A DNA stretch of 64,000 nucleotides, filler included, from Stramenopiles sp. TOSAG23-6 (Eukaryota), in NCBI GenBank assembly GCA_900128565.1. It is 19 parts of 19 records of this genome, joined end to end, with 100 filler letters (N's around TTAATTAATTAA, not from the genome) between each part and the next. Parts side by side here need not be neighbours in the genome. Positions count along the whole stretch, not along the records: positions 50,973 to 54,245 come from LT637575.1; positions 54,346 to 57,618 come from LT637576.1; positions 57,719 to 60,991 come from LT637577.1; positions 61,092 to 64,000 come from LT637749.1; 15 more parts are not named here. One strand, given 5' to 3'. A program made the position numbers and the translations under genes. Positions 51,083 to 63,948 of the stretch are shown here, piece after piece (the first letter of the stretch is position 1; each line of letters begins with the position of its first letter). Below the pieces are notes generated by a model. The model searched no databases. It was not told the DNA's origin and was given only the letters and a program-made list of their open reading frames with translations.

Positions 51083-51627
51083 GAGATTTGGTCCTGATGT
51101 CGAATGGGTTTTGGGTAATGATAAGAGTAATAGCCTATCAAATATAGAAGTAGATTATTCTGTAGATGTTGGTTTTCATCATGAATTTCAAATTTATTTT
51201 TTTCGTATGAAATTTTGTACCTAACGATTTTTTATTAAAACAATATTTTTGACAGTACATCCCTCTCGATCTGAAAGTTTTTATTCTGAAATACGAAAAT
51301 ATTGGCCAAATATTCAAAATGGTTCCCTCCTCCCTGACTATTCTGGTATAAGACCAAAACTAGTACCAAGTGGCACTCCAGCAGCAGATTTTAAAATTTG
51401 GTCGGGAAAAGAATATGTACTTTTTCAAAATTAAATTTTTTACTATTTTTTTTTTCATACGAAATTTCGTACCTAACGATTTTTTTATACAATATTTTTT
51501 CACAATGTATAATATAAAAAAAAATATACAACGAGATTTCAGTGGTCTCGTTAATTTATTTGGAATTGAATCTCCAGGATTAACTTCATCAATGGCTTTA
51601 GCTGATGCTACTTTTGAAGCTTTATAA
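51083..51627 (+). CDS. L2HGDH: L-2-hydroxyglutarate dehydrogenase-like FAD oxidoreductase, 3' exons
   Basis: RFGPDVEW...DYSVD|PSRSESFYSEIRKYWP...PDYSGIRPKL...GLVNLFGIESPGLTSS; GT-AT introns 51168-51260 and 51417-51510. Confidence 0.88.
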
Positions 51628-51945
51628 ATATTAATCAGTATAGATGTTAGATAGTGATCGACGTAATAACAGATTCCTACCATTTTTTGTACCTAATTTT
51701 CAATAATAAAAAAAAATTGTACCTAATTTTCAATAATAAAAAAAAATTGTACCTAATTTTCAATAATAAAGAGTAAGTACTAGTTGAAAGCAACTTGAGC
51801 AACGTTTATCTGAGTGTATGAAAGTCTTTTGAAGATTAATTGGCTTTGAAAAAAAATTTTAATTATTTTTAATGAAATAACAAGAGGGGGGAAATAGACT
51901 CCAGATTGGTACAAAATTTCGTATCAAAGAAATAATCATTATTTT

Positions 51946-53301
51946 TTACTGTAAATACTTGGAACAGATGGAATCATCTACCTTAAATCGATTTGCTTTG
52001 GTGCAATAATTTTCCACGATTTCATATGAAGAAATTGCACGGTTGTAGACACTCACGGCTGCTGTCCATCCATTGATAGCCTTATTGCTTTCACTTCCAA
52101 TTGTTAAATATTCGGTTCCATCTTCAGAATGCGTTCTTGAATTTACAATTTGCTGCTTGATTCCATTAACATAGATATATGAATAACCACCTTCTTTCCA
52201 TATTCCAACTATATGATACCATTTATCTACATCTGGTTTTGGAAAAGCTGACTTATATATCCTTCCNGCACCNCACAATGCAATTGAACCTCCAAAACGA
52301 ACATCATGCATGTTAATTCCTCGTCCTTTGAATTCAGCCAATCTATTTCCAAAAATTTCTCCTCGATTATTTGATATTGAGTTGAGCTTCACCCAAACCT
52401 CAAGTGAGACGTCATTCATATTACTCGCAGATATATCAATATTTGTTATTTTAATAGGACCACTAAAAAAATTAAAAGCGCCTTCTGCTTCATCGGTATA
52501 GACTATAGTCAGTGGAAGTCTCCCAACCGGAATTACGCCGTTATTATTTTCAGGTAAAACTATATTTGAATTGTGCCATGTTTGTTCCCCTCCTTTGACA
52601 TAACAAGAGGGATCTGCTGCATCAAGAGATAAAACTAAACCTTTCAGAGTTAATGGATATTTTGGATTATTTCCTCTCGCACCTTCACCACCACCTTCAC
52701 CACCACCTTCACCACCTTTACCACCACCTTCAACACTTTCACCATTTTGATGAAAGAAATCTTCCATGTTATGTGTATTCAAAGACTTATCTTTTTTTCC
52801 TGGGAGATCATCGCAAACACATTCATTTCTAAGTGGAAGTATGTCCGCAGACTTTGAAGATATAAGCCCTAACTTGCAAAAACAATTGATTTTTTTCCAA
52901 TATCCTACACCCAAACGATGTTTCAAGTGTATCGCGAGTTCATTTTCGATCTCTTCCACTCGGTCACGGGACAAATTTGCCTGACTATATATTTTCACAC
53001 TGCTACCATCAGGTAGTCTTACTTTTTTTGGGCTTGGTTCGTATTGACTTGGAATTTTATCTGAAGTTGGAAAAATAAATGTCGTGTTAGTAGGGTAGAC
53101 TTGATACAAAGCACTGTCTACGAGCAAAGGAGAAGGATTCACGAGTAGTCCTGGTCGAGACTCTACACCCAACTGTAACTGTGAAAGTAAGCTTTTCTGA
53201 ATAAGNCCTTTTGTGCATGGTAGCTGAATTGTGTGTATTAAGTAAAGAAGCATGATAATGGTAAATGGAGCCATCATTGATTTCAAGCCTGAAATCTGCA
53301 A
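51946..53301 (-). CDS. Concanavalin-A-like lectin/glucanase (LamG) domain protein
   Basis: GLVLSLDAADPSCY...SLEVWVK...WYHIVG...IYVNG...LTIG...VYNRAIS; N-terminal hydrophobic segment; start uncertain. Confidence 0.75.
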   Translation of the reverse strand: MQISGLKSMMAPFTIIMLLYLIHTIQLPCTKXLIQKSLLSQLQLGVESRPGLLVNPSPLLVDSALYQVYPTNTTFIFPTSDKIPSQYEPSPKKVRLPDGSSVKIYSQANLSRDRVEEIENELAIHLKHRLGVGYWKKINCFCKLGLISSKSADILPLRNECVCDDLPGKKDKSLNTHNMEDFFHQNGESVEGGGKGGEGGGEGGGEGARGNNPKYPLTLKGLVLSLDAADPSCYVKGGEQTWHNSNIVLPENNNGVIPVGRLPLTIVYTDEAEGAFNFFSGPIKITNIDISASNMNDVSLEVWVKLNSISNNRGEIFGNRLAEFKGRGINMHDVRFGGSIALXGXGRIYKSAFPKPDVDKWYHIVGIWKEGGYSYIYVNGIKQQIVNSRTHSEDGTEYLTIGSESNKAINGWTAAVSVYNRAISSYEIVENYCTKANRFKVDDSICSKYLQ

Positions 53302-53670
53302 GTGGTATCGTATCTACTTTTGAGATTTTTTTTAAATTCAATTAATTCGAAATTCAAAAAAAACATCCGAAATTTCAAAAAAGTTTGTTCAAAAAATGAA
53401 ACTGTAACATCGACATCGCACTTTCCTACAACTTTGGTTTTGAGATGTCCAAACATAAAAGAGAAAGGAGACCATAGACTTGCTTCCAATGAAATGCATA
53501 CGCATTTGTCCTTATTGATAGTGTTATCTTTATAGTTAAATTCTGTATGCGTTAGATTATGCAGGATTCTACTTTTTACTCCAGCGAAACAAGGTAACAC
53601 GACCATCTTCTTTTGCCTCTGTTTACAGCTAAATTAGTGTAGTAAATTCTTTATTAAATTATTTATAAAC

Positions 53671-54158
53671 ATGCGGTCACAGTCAGCGCGACAACCTCGA
53701 ATATCTGGTGCAAATAGTGACCTAAGTTTACGGGCATATACTTCTCGTTTGAGTGGTCATTCAGGGAGGAAAACTTCGCGTTCACAAATAAGTACATCTA
53801 GAATAAGCCATCGAACATTAGCTTCAACTTCACGATCAAGTCGCTCCCTCAGTACACGCCGTACACCTCGAAGAAGACCTTTGCGTCACCGCCCCGCAGG
53901 ATATATACAACCCACAACTATTTCACAAGCGCCGACAAAAATCAATAGGGAGAGAAATGGAAAGGAAGATTTTCCAATAAAGAAAGAATTTGATACCCCA
54001 ATAAAGAAAGAATTTGATATAAATGCCATCCGTCAGCAATTTGACCTTCCGCCTTCTGTTGAAGCACAACCAAATGCTACTGGTTCCATCACATTACCAA
54101 ATACACCATCCAACAATAAACTGAATGAATTATTAGATGAAGCACTCGATAGAGGTCA
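53671..54158 (+). CDS. Arg/Ser-rich hypothetical protein, first exon
   Basis: ATG-initiated open frame ending at CAT|GTATGTTTT. Confidence 0.6.
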
Positions 54159-54345
54159 TGTATGTTTTATTTTTTTTAATTTCGAAATTGTTTTTTTTTC
54201 ATACGAAATTTTGTACCTAACAAATTTAAGTTTTTTTTTTTTGAANNNNNNNNNNNNNNNNNNNNNNNNNNNNNNNNNNNNNNNNNNNNTTAATTAATTA
54301 ANNNNNNNNNNNNNNNNNNNNNNNNNNNNNNNNNNNNNNNNNNNN

Positions 54346-57300
54346 ATATTTCAAAAAAAATCTAAAAAAGTTTGTTAGGTACAAAATTTCGTACGAAAAA
54401 TAATTTCGATTTTTTTTTGAAAAAAAAAATAAAACATACATGTTCCCAATCTGCTGCCGCGGCGATTTCTTTTTCTGTTAAGGCTGCATCCCATTTGAAA
54501 GTCTTCATTACAGCAACATTATTCATATCTCGAATTCTGGCTTCGCGAGCTTTTAAATCATGGTCTTTGTAACTACTCAAAATAAGATATTCATACTTTG
54601 TTATTTCCTCCATTTCAGGGATTTTCTCTTGCATAAAGCACTTCATTCGGGCAACTGACTTGTGTTGATATTCCCGAAATGTTAAATCACGACTTTGCAA
54701 TTCGCGCTCATGCTGCTGCTGACGAAGAGCTCCTTTTTTTTCTTCAACTTTTGCTGCTTCAACATTTTCACTTTCAAGTTTTACAATGGTATCCTTTTCA
54801 GTTTTATCGTCGTCTTTTGATTGAACTCTAAGCTGCTCTAGCTTTGCCTGAAGATATTTTTGTTTGCTTATATTACTTGTGCATGTCTCTCTTTTTATCT
54901 GGGCCAGAATCTTCTTCATTTCATTTGCATAATGTATCTTTAAATGGTTGGCTTCCGCTATGACATCTATTTTAGCATCTTCTGCTATTCGTGTTGCTGC
55001 GACAGCTTTTAATTTAGCTGTAGTTTCTCTAGCCATAACTGATTCATTTTCCTTAATTTTGAACATTTTATTTTTCTCCCTACTAAGCTGGTTTAAACGT
55101 TTTCCCCATTCAAGTTTAAGTAACTCTACATGTTGTTGACTATTGTAGTCTTTTGCTTTACGTTTATTCTGTGCCAATGTTTCTTTGTACTTCAGCTCGA
55201 GTTCATTACGCATGGATATAGAAAATTGTTTCTGTTGACTTTCTAAATGATCATTTTGAAAATATTGCGCTGTTTCAATATGCTGTTTCAGAAAAAGAAT
55301 CCAACTTTGACATTTTATTTTATGGCTTTCATTGTAGCCTTTCTTTATCTGGTAGAATTTCCGCAGTTCCCTTGTTACTTCTTTTTTTAGGTCAAATATT
55401 TTGACATCAACATCGTGAATTTTACATTCTAGTAGAGCTATATCAATTTGTTTATCATGAATTAAATTAGATATTCGGACTTTTCCATGAGTAGTTTGAT
55501 CTTCCGAATTTCGCAAAATGTCCAAATCATTTTTACATACATTCAATTCGTTTTGCAATACATTAGCCTTACCCTTCATACTTTCAATATTATTTTCAAT
55601 TTTGTTAATGAACTTAAAGTGAAATTCTTCATTTTTCTTAAAACTATGTTTCAGTTTTTCAGAAGCTTCTTTAAACTTTATTTCATGCTCGCGTCTGAGT
55701 TCAGTGAATTCATTTGACTTTTGTTTTCCCAGTAATTTCAATGTTTCCGTCTCCTCAGAAAAAAGTATCTCAGTAATCTCATCTTCACATTTATGACGAA
55801 ATATTTCCTCTTCTATTGCAATCTCTAAATTATGCTTTTCCCAAAGAGTCTGCCACTCAGCATGCAATATATTTTCAGAAAGCTGTTGATGTTTCTTTTT
55901 CTCTAATGAAAGGCGCTCAAAAGCAATTTTCTCGCAAATTAAACATTGTAGTAGCTCCTGTGTTCTATGTAAGTCAATTGTTTCTTTCATCATCTTAACA
56001 TTGGCTTCTGTTTGATGGCTTAAAGATGTGATCGTTGCTTGGTTTGCTGATAATTGCAGTTCATCATTCGATGATATCGATCTATACCCAGAAGTTTGTT
56101 TCATCTGTAGCAATTTCTCTTTGACTATATGAATCTTCTCTTCATACCTTGACCGAAGTAATTCGGCGGTGCGATGTTCAGCTTTGTGCTTTATCAATAA
56201 CTTTTGCTGTTCCTTTGTCAATTTTTGGGTCTTTTTTGCCAACACATTTCTGAGATTTAAAGCTTGTTCTACTTCAAGATAAGTAAGCCTTGCCTTCCAT
56301 TCAGTGTTCATCATATTCTTTAGTTCATCAGTCAACTTCTCTCTTCTTGTTTGCTCTATTTTACGCACAGATAATTCAACAGTTTCCATTTTTTGTATAT
56401 AACTCAAATAAAGATTCTCTAATATTGTGGTTGATTCAGATTGTTTTTCAAGTAGCATGTGCTGATATATTTGTCTAACTTTTATAGTCTTGGTCTCGAT
56501 TGTACGAATCTTATCAGCACGATCAACAAGATCTTGCTTTATTTTATTTTCTTTATCTAGTAGAGCTAACATCTTGCGATTAATTGCTTCAACCTCATCT
56601 GCGCTTTTAGAGTCTGCATGGTTTAATTGATTTTGAAGTTTTTGATATTCATCTACCCCTACAACACAATGAAGAGTTTTCTCAAAATGTATCTTCTCCT
56701 TTATTACTTTTATTTGAGTTTCACAACGAATTATTTGATCTAATGTGAGGCGATAATCCTGTATATTGCGCATTGTGTTTTCTTCGTGGTGCAATACAGA
56801 AGAGCTGTGNTCAGNTTCNAATNTTTTGTNTTTNTTTCTGTNTTAATCGAAGATCAATAAAATCAATTTTTTTTAATCGTAGGATTAAATCATCTTTCAC
56901 AAATAATTGAATATGTTTAATGAATTCTATGCATTTGTTTGCTTCGTGTTCTCTTAATTCATTTACGCGAGTTTTCAATTGAAGCATATACTTCATTTCA
57001 ATAGATTTGATACGATTTGCATGTTCCACTTTTGTGTGCTGGCAATTAGCATTGTGCCTCTGAATCTCCGCTTTTGCAAGAAATGTTTTTAAACTCAATA
57101 TTTGTTGACGTAAAAGTAAAAGTGTGTTTTTTTGCTCTTTGGGTGCAGTTTCCATCATATGCTTGTGGTGATTTTCTGCGTCCTCTGCATCATAAAGAGT
57201 TTTACTTAGCTTCTTTTCCAATTGCATTGTCTTCTGTGTCTCTATTTTCAATTTTACTTTCAACTTTTCTCGAATTTCTTCTATATATTTATTATCATTA

Positions 57301-60300
57301 CCTATTTGAATTTGAAGTGCTACTTTTGATTTCTCCGTCAAGTTTTGAATTCTTTTAATCCATGAATCATTCATTGTATCAATATCATTCGTTTTCGTGA
57401 TTTCATAATGCATTGTCTGTGTATCAATTGTGAATTCAGGAGACACTTTTAACAATTTGTCAACCCAAGTTTTTCTAAAAGCATCATCAATTATTTTTTG
57501 TGATTCTTTCTGTTCGCGAGCATCATGTATTTTGGAAAAATATTCAAAAAAACAATTAAATTTGTTAGGTACAAAATTTCGTATGAAAAATAAATTCGAT
57601 TTTTTTGTAAAAAAAAAANNNNNNNNNNNNNNNNNNNNNNNNNNNNNNNNNNNNNNNNNNNNTTAATTAATTAANNNNNNNNNNNNNNNNNNNNNNNNNN
57701 NNNNNNNNNNNNNNNNNNATATTTCAAAAAAAATCTAAAAAAGTTTGTTAGGTACAAAATTTCGTACGAAAAATAATTTCGATTTTTTTTTGAAAAAAAA
57801 AATAAAACATACATGTTCCCAATCTGCTGCCGCGGCGATTTCTTTTTCTGTTAAGGCTGCATCCCATTTGAAAGTCTTCATTACAGCAACATTATTCATA
57901 TCTCGAATTCTGGCTTCGCGAGCTTTTAAATCATGGTCTTTGTAACTACTCAAAATAAGATATTCATACTTTGTTATTTCCTCCATTTCAGGGATTTTCT
58001 CTTGCATAAAGCACTTCATTCGGGCAACTGACTTGTGTTGATATTCCCGAAATGTTAAATCACGACTTTGCAATTCGCGCTCATGCTGCTGCTGACGAAG
58101 AGCTCCTTTTTTTTCTTCAACTTTTGCTGCTTCAACATTTTCACTTTCAAGTTTTACAATGGTATCCTTTTCAGTTTTATCGTCGTCTTTTGATTGAACT
58201 CTAAGCTGCTCTAGCTTTGCCTGAAGATATTTTTGTTTGCTTATATTACTTGTGCATGTCTCTCTTTTTATCTGGGCCAGAATCTTCTTCATTTCATTTG
58301 CATAATGTATCTTTAAATGGTTGGCTTCCGCTATGACATCTATTTTAGCATCTTCTGCTATTCGTGTTGCTGCGACAGCTTTTAATTTAGCTGTAGTTTC
58401 TCTAGCCATAACTGATTCATTTTCCTTAATTTTGAACATTTTATTTTTCTCCCTACTAAGCTGGTTTAAACGTTTTCCCCATTCAAGTTTAAGTAACTCT
58501 ACATGTTGTTGACTATTGTAGTCTTTTGCTTTACGTTTATTCTGTGCCAATGTTTCTTTGTACTTCAGCTCGAGTTCATTACGCATGGATATAGAAAATT
58601 GTTTCTGTTGACTTTCTAAATGATCATTTTGAAAATATTGCGCTGTTTCAATATGCTGTTTCAGAAAAAGAATCCAACTTTGACATTTTATTTTATGGCT
58701 TTCATTGTAGCCTTTCTTTATCTGGTAGAATTTCCGCAGTTCCCTTGTTACTTCTTTTTTTAGGTCAAATATTTTGACATCAACATCGTGAATTTTACAT
58801 TCTAGTAGAGCTATATCAATTTGTTTATCATGAATTAAATTAGATATTCGGACTTTTCCATGAGTAGTTTGATCTTCCGAATTTCGCAAAATGTCCAAAT
58901 CATTTTTACATACATTCAATTCGTTTTGCAATACATTAGCCTTACCCTTCATACTTTCAATATTATTTTCAATTTTGTTAATGAACTTAAAGTGAAATTC
59001 TTCATTTTTCTTAAAACTATGTTTCAGTTTTTCAGAAGCTTCTTTAAACTTTATTTCATGCTCGCGTCTGAGTTCAGTGAATTCATTTGACTTTTGTTTT
59101 CCCAGTAATTTCAATGTTTCCGTCTCCTCAGAAAAAAGTATCTCAGTAATCTCATCTTCACATTTATGACGAAATATTTCCTCTTCTATTGCAATCTCTA
59201 AATTATGCTTTTCCCAAAGAGTCTGCCACTCAGCATGCAATATATTTTCAGAAAGCTGTTGATGTTTCTTTTTCTCTAATGAAAGGCGCTCAAAAGCAAT
59301 TTTCTCGCAAATTAAACATTGTAGTAGCTCCTGTGTTCTATGTAAGTCAATTGTTTCTTTCATCATCTTAACATTGGCTTCTGTTTGATGGCTTAAAGAT
59401 GTGATCGTTGCTTGGTTTGCTGATAATTGCAGTTCATCATTCGATGATATCGATCTATACCCAGAAGTTTGTTTCATCTGTAGCAATTTCTCTTTGACTA
59501 TATGAATCTTCTCTTCATACCTTGACCGAAGTAATTCGGCGGTGCGATGTTCAGCTTTGTGCTTTATCAATAACTTTTGCTGTTCCTTTGTCAATTTTTG
59601 GGTCTTTTTTGCCAACACATTTCTGAGATTTAAAGCTTGTTCTACTTCAAGATAAGTAAGCCTTGCCTTCCATTCAGTGTTCATCATATTCTTTAGTTCA
59701 TCAGTCAACTTCTCTCTTCTTGTTTGCTCTATTTTACGCACAGATAATTCAACAGTTTCCATTTTTTGTATATAACTCAAATAAAGATTCTCTAATATTG
59801 TGGTTGATTCAGATTGTTTTTCAAGTAGCATGTGCTGATATATTTGTCTAACTTTTATAGTCTTGGTCTCGATTGTACGAATCTTATCAGCACGATCAAC
59901 AAGATCTTGCTTTATTTTATTTTCTTTATCTAGTAGAGCTAACATCTTGCGATTAATTGCTTCAACCTCATCTGCGCTTTTAGAGTCTGCATGGTTTAAT
60001 TGATTTTGAAGTTTTTGATATTCATCTACCCCTACAACACAATGAAGAGTTTTCTCAAAATGTATCTTCTCCTTTATTACTTTTATTTGAGTTTCACAAC
60101 GAATTATTTGATCTAATGTGAGGCGATAATCCTGTATATTGCGCATTGTGTTTTCTTCGTGGTGCAATACAGAAGAGCTGTGNTCAGNTTCNAATNTTTT
60201 GTNTTTNTTTCTGTNTTAATCGAAGATCAATAAAATCAATTTTTTTTAATCGTAGGATTAAATCATCTTTCACAAATAATTGAATATGTTTAATGAATTC

Positions 60301-60991
60301 TATGCATTTGTTTGCTTCGTGTTCTCTTAATTCATTTACGCGAGTTTTCAATTGAAGCATATACTTCATTTCAATAGATTTGATACGATTTGCATGTTCC
60401 ACTTTTGTGTGCTGGCAATTAGCATTGTGCCTCTGAATCTCCGCTTTTGCAAGAAATGTTTTTAAACTCAATATTTGTTGACGTAAAAGTAAAAGTGTGT
60501 TTTTTTGCTCTTTGGGTGCAGTTTCCATCATATGCTTGTGGTGATTTTCTGCGTCCTCTGCATCATAAAGAGTTTTACTTAGCTTCTTTTCCAATTGCAT
60601 TGTCTTCTGTGTCTCTATTTTCAATTTTACTTTCAACTTTTCTCGAATTTCTTCTATATATTTATTATCATTACCTATTTGAATTTGAAGTGCTACTTTT
60701 GATTTCTCCGTCAAGTTTTGAATTCTTTTAATCCATGAATCATTCATTGTATCAATATCATTCGTTTTCGTGATTTCATAATGCATTGTCTGTGTATCAA
60801 TTGTGAATTCAGGAGACACTTTTAACAATTTGTCAACCCAAGTTTTTCTAAAAGCATCATCAATTATTTTTTGTGATTCTTTCTGTTCGCGAGCATCATG
60901 TATTTTGGAAAAATATTCAAAAAAACAATTAAATTTGTTAGGTACAAAATTTCGTATGAAAAATAAATTCGATTTTTTTGTAAAAAAAAAA
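54346..60991. repeat. Two identical contigs (54346-57618, 57719-60991): assembly redundancy
   Basis: Identical including N positions; separated by a linker. Confidence 0.93.
54440..57526 (-). CDS. Long coiled-coil protein, internal exon (copy 1; break near 56810-56845 lies in low-quality sequence)
   Basis: K/E/Q/L-rich heptad ORFs of 214 and 810 aa flanked by family introns. Confidence 0.75.
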
Positions 60992-61177
60992 NNNNNNNNN
61001 NNNNNNNNNNNNNNNNNNNNNNNNNNNNNNNNNNNTTAATTAATTAANNNNNNNNNNNNNNNNNNNNNNNNNNNNNNNNNNNNNNNNNNNNTTTCAAAAA
61101 AAATCTAAAAAAAATTGTTAGGTACAAAATTTCGTATGAAAAAAAAAATTAAATTAGAAATTCATATAAAGCATACA

Positions 61178-62570
61178 TCATTGCTATAACACTACAACTA
61201 TGATGTGTTTTCCAATCTTCTTCAATTTCATCCAAATGATTCAATGTAAATGCGATACCCATTTCTGAAATTTTGTTTTTTTCATGTACAACATTTGGAT
61301 TTTTCCATGAAATAAATCTATTTTCTAATATTTCGTGTACTTCTTTCAATTGTTCAGACATCACGAAATTCTCTATGTTTACACCTTTTAATGAAATTTC
61401 ACGAAATAATCGCCGACTACGATTTATTGTACAAGACGATTGGATAGCTTGTATTTTTTCTTCAATGATATTCAAAAATATTGATCCTAAAAATCCTTCA
61501 ACAATGATTTCTTTTTCAGTAGTTTTACTACTATTGATTTGAGTAGAGTCAATATTATTTGATACATAAATATACAATGATTTACACTCTTGATAACATT
61601 TCAAAGACAAATCTATCTTACCTTGAATACTACTCATTAACCCACGAAGCCAAAGAAGACGCAGCCATAGCATGTTTCTAAAAATATTTTCTGTAAATGA
61701 GCTAGGGAGAACTAGAAATCCAGATTCGACAATTTCAAGTTGATNTAAAATATACATCAATAATTGCGATAATGAATCAGCATCATCACATTTAGGTTTT
61801 TCTACAGGAATTTGTGACTCATTTGTATCATCATTACACGTGGAAACTGCATTTGGNTATAATTTCCGAAATAAAATTTCAGCAAGCATCACCAATGTTT
61901 CAACAGTGAGACACGTGTCATTTGTACCAATCATTGAGGTATTACAACTATTCAAATTTTCATCACAAGTATTTCCNGCTTCTCTTCCTAATCCTAATCC
62001 TACTGTCTTTCCTATATGTTTTTGTCGTTTCTGCTTCAATAAGTTTTGAAATCTTTGGTATACTAAAATAATTGTATCACATAAAGAGTTTTGTCGAAGA
62101 CAGCTCCAAGGTATTCCAGCACTATTTTTTGTATCTAGATGTGTAGTATTATCAGTATTACTATCATCATCAAATGGTTGGTGTTCAATGAACTTAGAAA
62201 TGCAATTATATGATTGCCCAAATTTTCTAAATGCATTTTTACTATTCGATAATATCTTTGAACTTTCATCTTGAACAATCTTTAGAGTAGAATAATGAAA
62301 CATTGTAGTCGATGCTACATAGCATAAATATCGTCCAAAACAAACAATGAAAATCTCTTCTTTTGCCTCTATCGAATGAAAATCACCCAACGTACTATTT
62401 TTGTTACAAAGTATAGATTTTATCTCCTTGTCAACAAATGAAGTCAACAAAAGCGATGCCATGTTTAACTCTGGTAAAGATGGCGACATCATCCCTACTT
62501 GTAACTCATCTTGAGTATTACATTGTTTGTTATTTTCATCGACAACAACCCTATCCGTCGAAACAGACAC
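61178..62570 (-). CDS. Helical-repeat protein exon, possibly CABIN1/Hir3-like
   Basis: LWLRLLWLRGLMSSIQGKIDLSLKCYQEC resembles a CABIN1 segment (from recollection); long open exon. Confidence 0.45.
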
Positions 62571-62673
62571 ATGGATTATGAAAAAATATTTCAAAAAAAA
62601 AAAAAAATGTTAGGTACAAAATTTCGTATGAAAAAATAAATTCGAAATTGAAAAAAATAAAAATAAAACATAC

Positions 62674-63410
62674 ATTCTTATTTGTTCCTTATTGTACTTG
62701 TTAATTGATAAATTTCTAAGAGCTCGAGCAGCCTGTACTAAAAGTTCTACATTTTTTGTTTTCGCTGCTTCTATGATTGGTTCAATTCCACCCGCCAATC
62801 CAATTGATTTTTCATTTTGGTCGTCTACTGCTAGGTTGGCTAACGCAGCTATCGCCTCTATGCAAACATTTTCATTAGTCGATGAACTTAATTTTATAAG
62901 TGGCTCTATTCCGCCACACTCTGATATTTTCAATTTATTTTGAGCATTCACGCCTAAATTTGCTAAAGCTTTTGCAGACTGTTGTTGGATCTGTTCAGAA
63001 GTTGAACTGAGCAGTGTAATCAACATTTCTATGCCTCCCTCTTCCGCCATTTTAGTTTGGTTTCCGGCATTTACTGAAAGGTTTGCTAATGCGTGTACAG
63101 CAAGTCGCTGTACTTCTATATCTTCAGACCGAGTCAGAGGTAATAGTAAAGAAAGTCCATCGTGTTCGACAATTTGAACCTGTCTGTTTGGTTTCACTGC
63201 TTCATTCGCTAGTTGTTCGGCAACCTCACGCTGCAAAGTTAAATCTGCCGCATCTCCGTAGGTGATCATTCTTTTCAAGTGCAACGTTAGTTGTTCGATA
63301 TCTTCTTCGTCGCCAGTATCTTGATGATTCTTAACCCATTCATTCGCTCTATAACTATTTTTACTCTCTTTAGATTCATTGCGTTTCAATAACTTTTTAA
63401 AGCGCTTCAT
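62674..63410 (-). CDS. Armadillo-repeat protein (Vac8-like), first exon
   Basis: Repeats EVQRLAVHALANLSV, GGIEMLITLL, AKALANLGV, AARALRNLS. Confidence 0.9.
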
Positions 63411-63666
63411 TTCATTGAAATTGGATACTTCCTATTATGTAGTACAGGGAGGTAGACAAAATAGCGTTTCAGTTTCTACGTCACATCTCCGACGGAGATT
63501 TTCATAAAATTTGAAAAATAAATTATTCACAGAAAATCACAAAAAGTTGGATGTCATAACACTTGACACTTCATGAGAGAACTATCTTTTTATTTTTATT
63601 CTGAAGCTTATTTCAGGCAAAAATAATGGTTTTATGGGTATACAAACTAATGCTAAATACAAAGTC

Positions 63667-63948
63667 TTAACAGGATTCTAACTTCCACCTACGCAGGCAG
63701 CAATCACCACCGGCTGTGACGAAGGTATCTTCACTTGTCCACATAATATGATTAGCGCCTCCAAAATGTGTATCTTCTTTCTTACACCGTTTTTTTATAT
63801 CTTTTGGTGATTCAACATTCCATAAAATGATCTGATCATCAATTCCCGTCGACGCTACATATTTTCCCGAAGGTGACCATGCTACAGATGTAACAGCAGA
63901 TCTATGAGCTATCCATATACCTTCAACAATTTGCTTTCCAGAAGCGCC
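63667..63948 (-). CDS. WD40 protein last exon, WDR1/AIP1-like
   Basis: WIAHRSAVTSVAWSPSGKYVAS...IILWNV...FVTAGGDCCLRRW*. Confidence 0.7.
   Translation of the reverse strand, partial: GASGKQIVEGIWIAHRSAVTSVAWSPSGKYVASTGIDDQIILWNVESPKDIKKRCKKEDTHFGGANHIMWTSEDTFVTAGGDCCLRRWKLESC

Noticed and set aside
54346-60991. Apparent tandem duplication of the coiled-coil gene
   Set aside because: Same artefact; even the N positions are identical.
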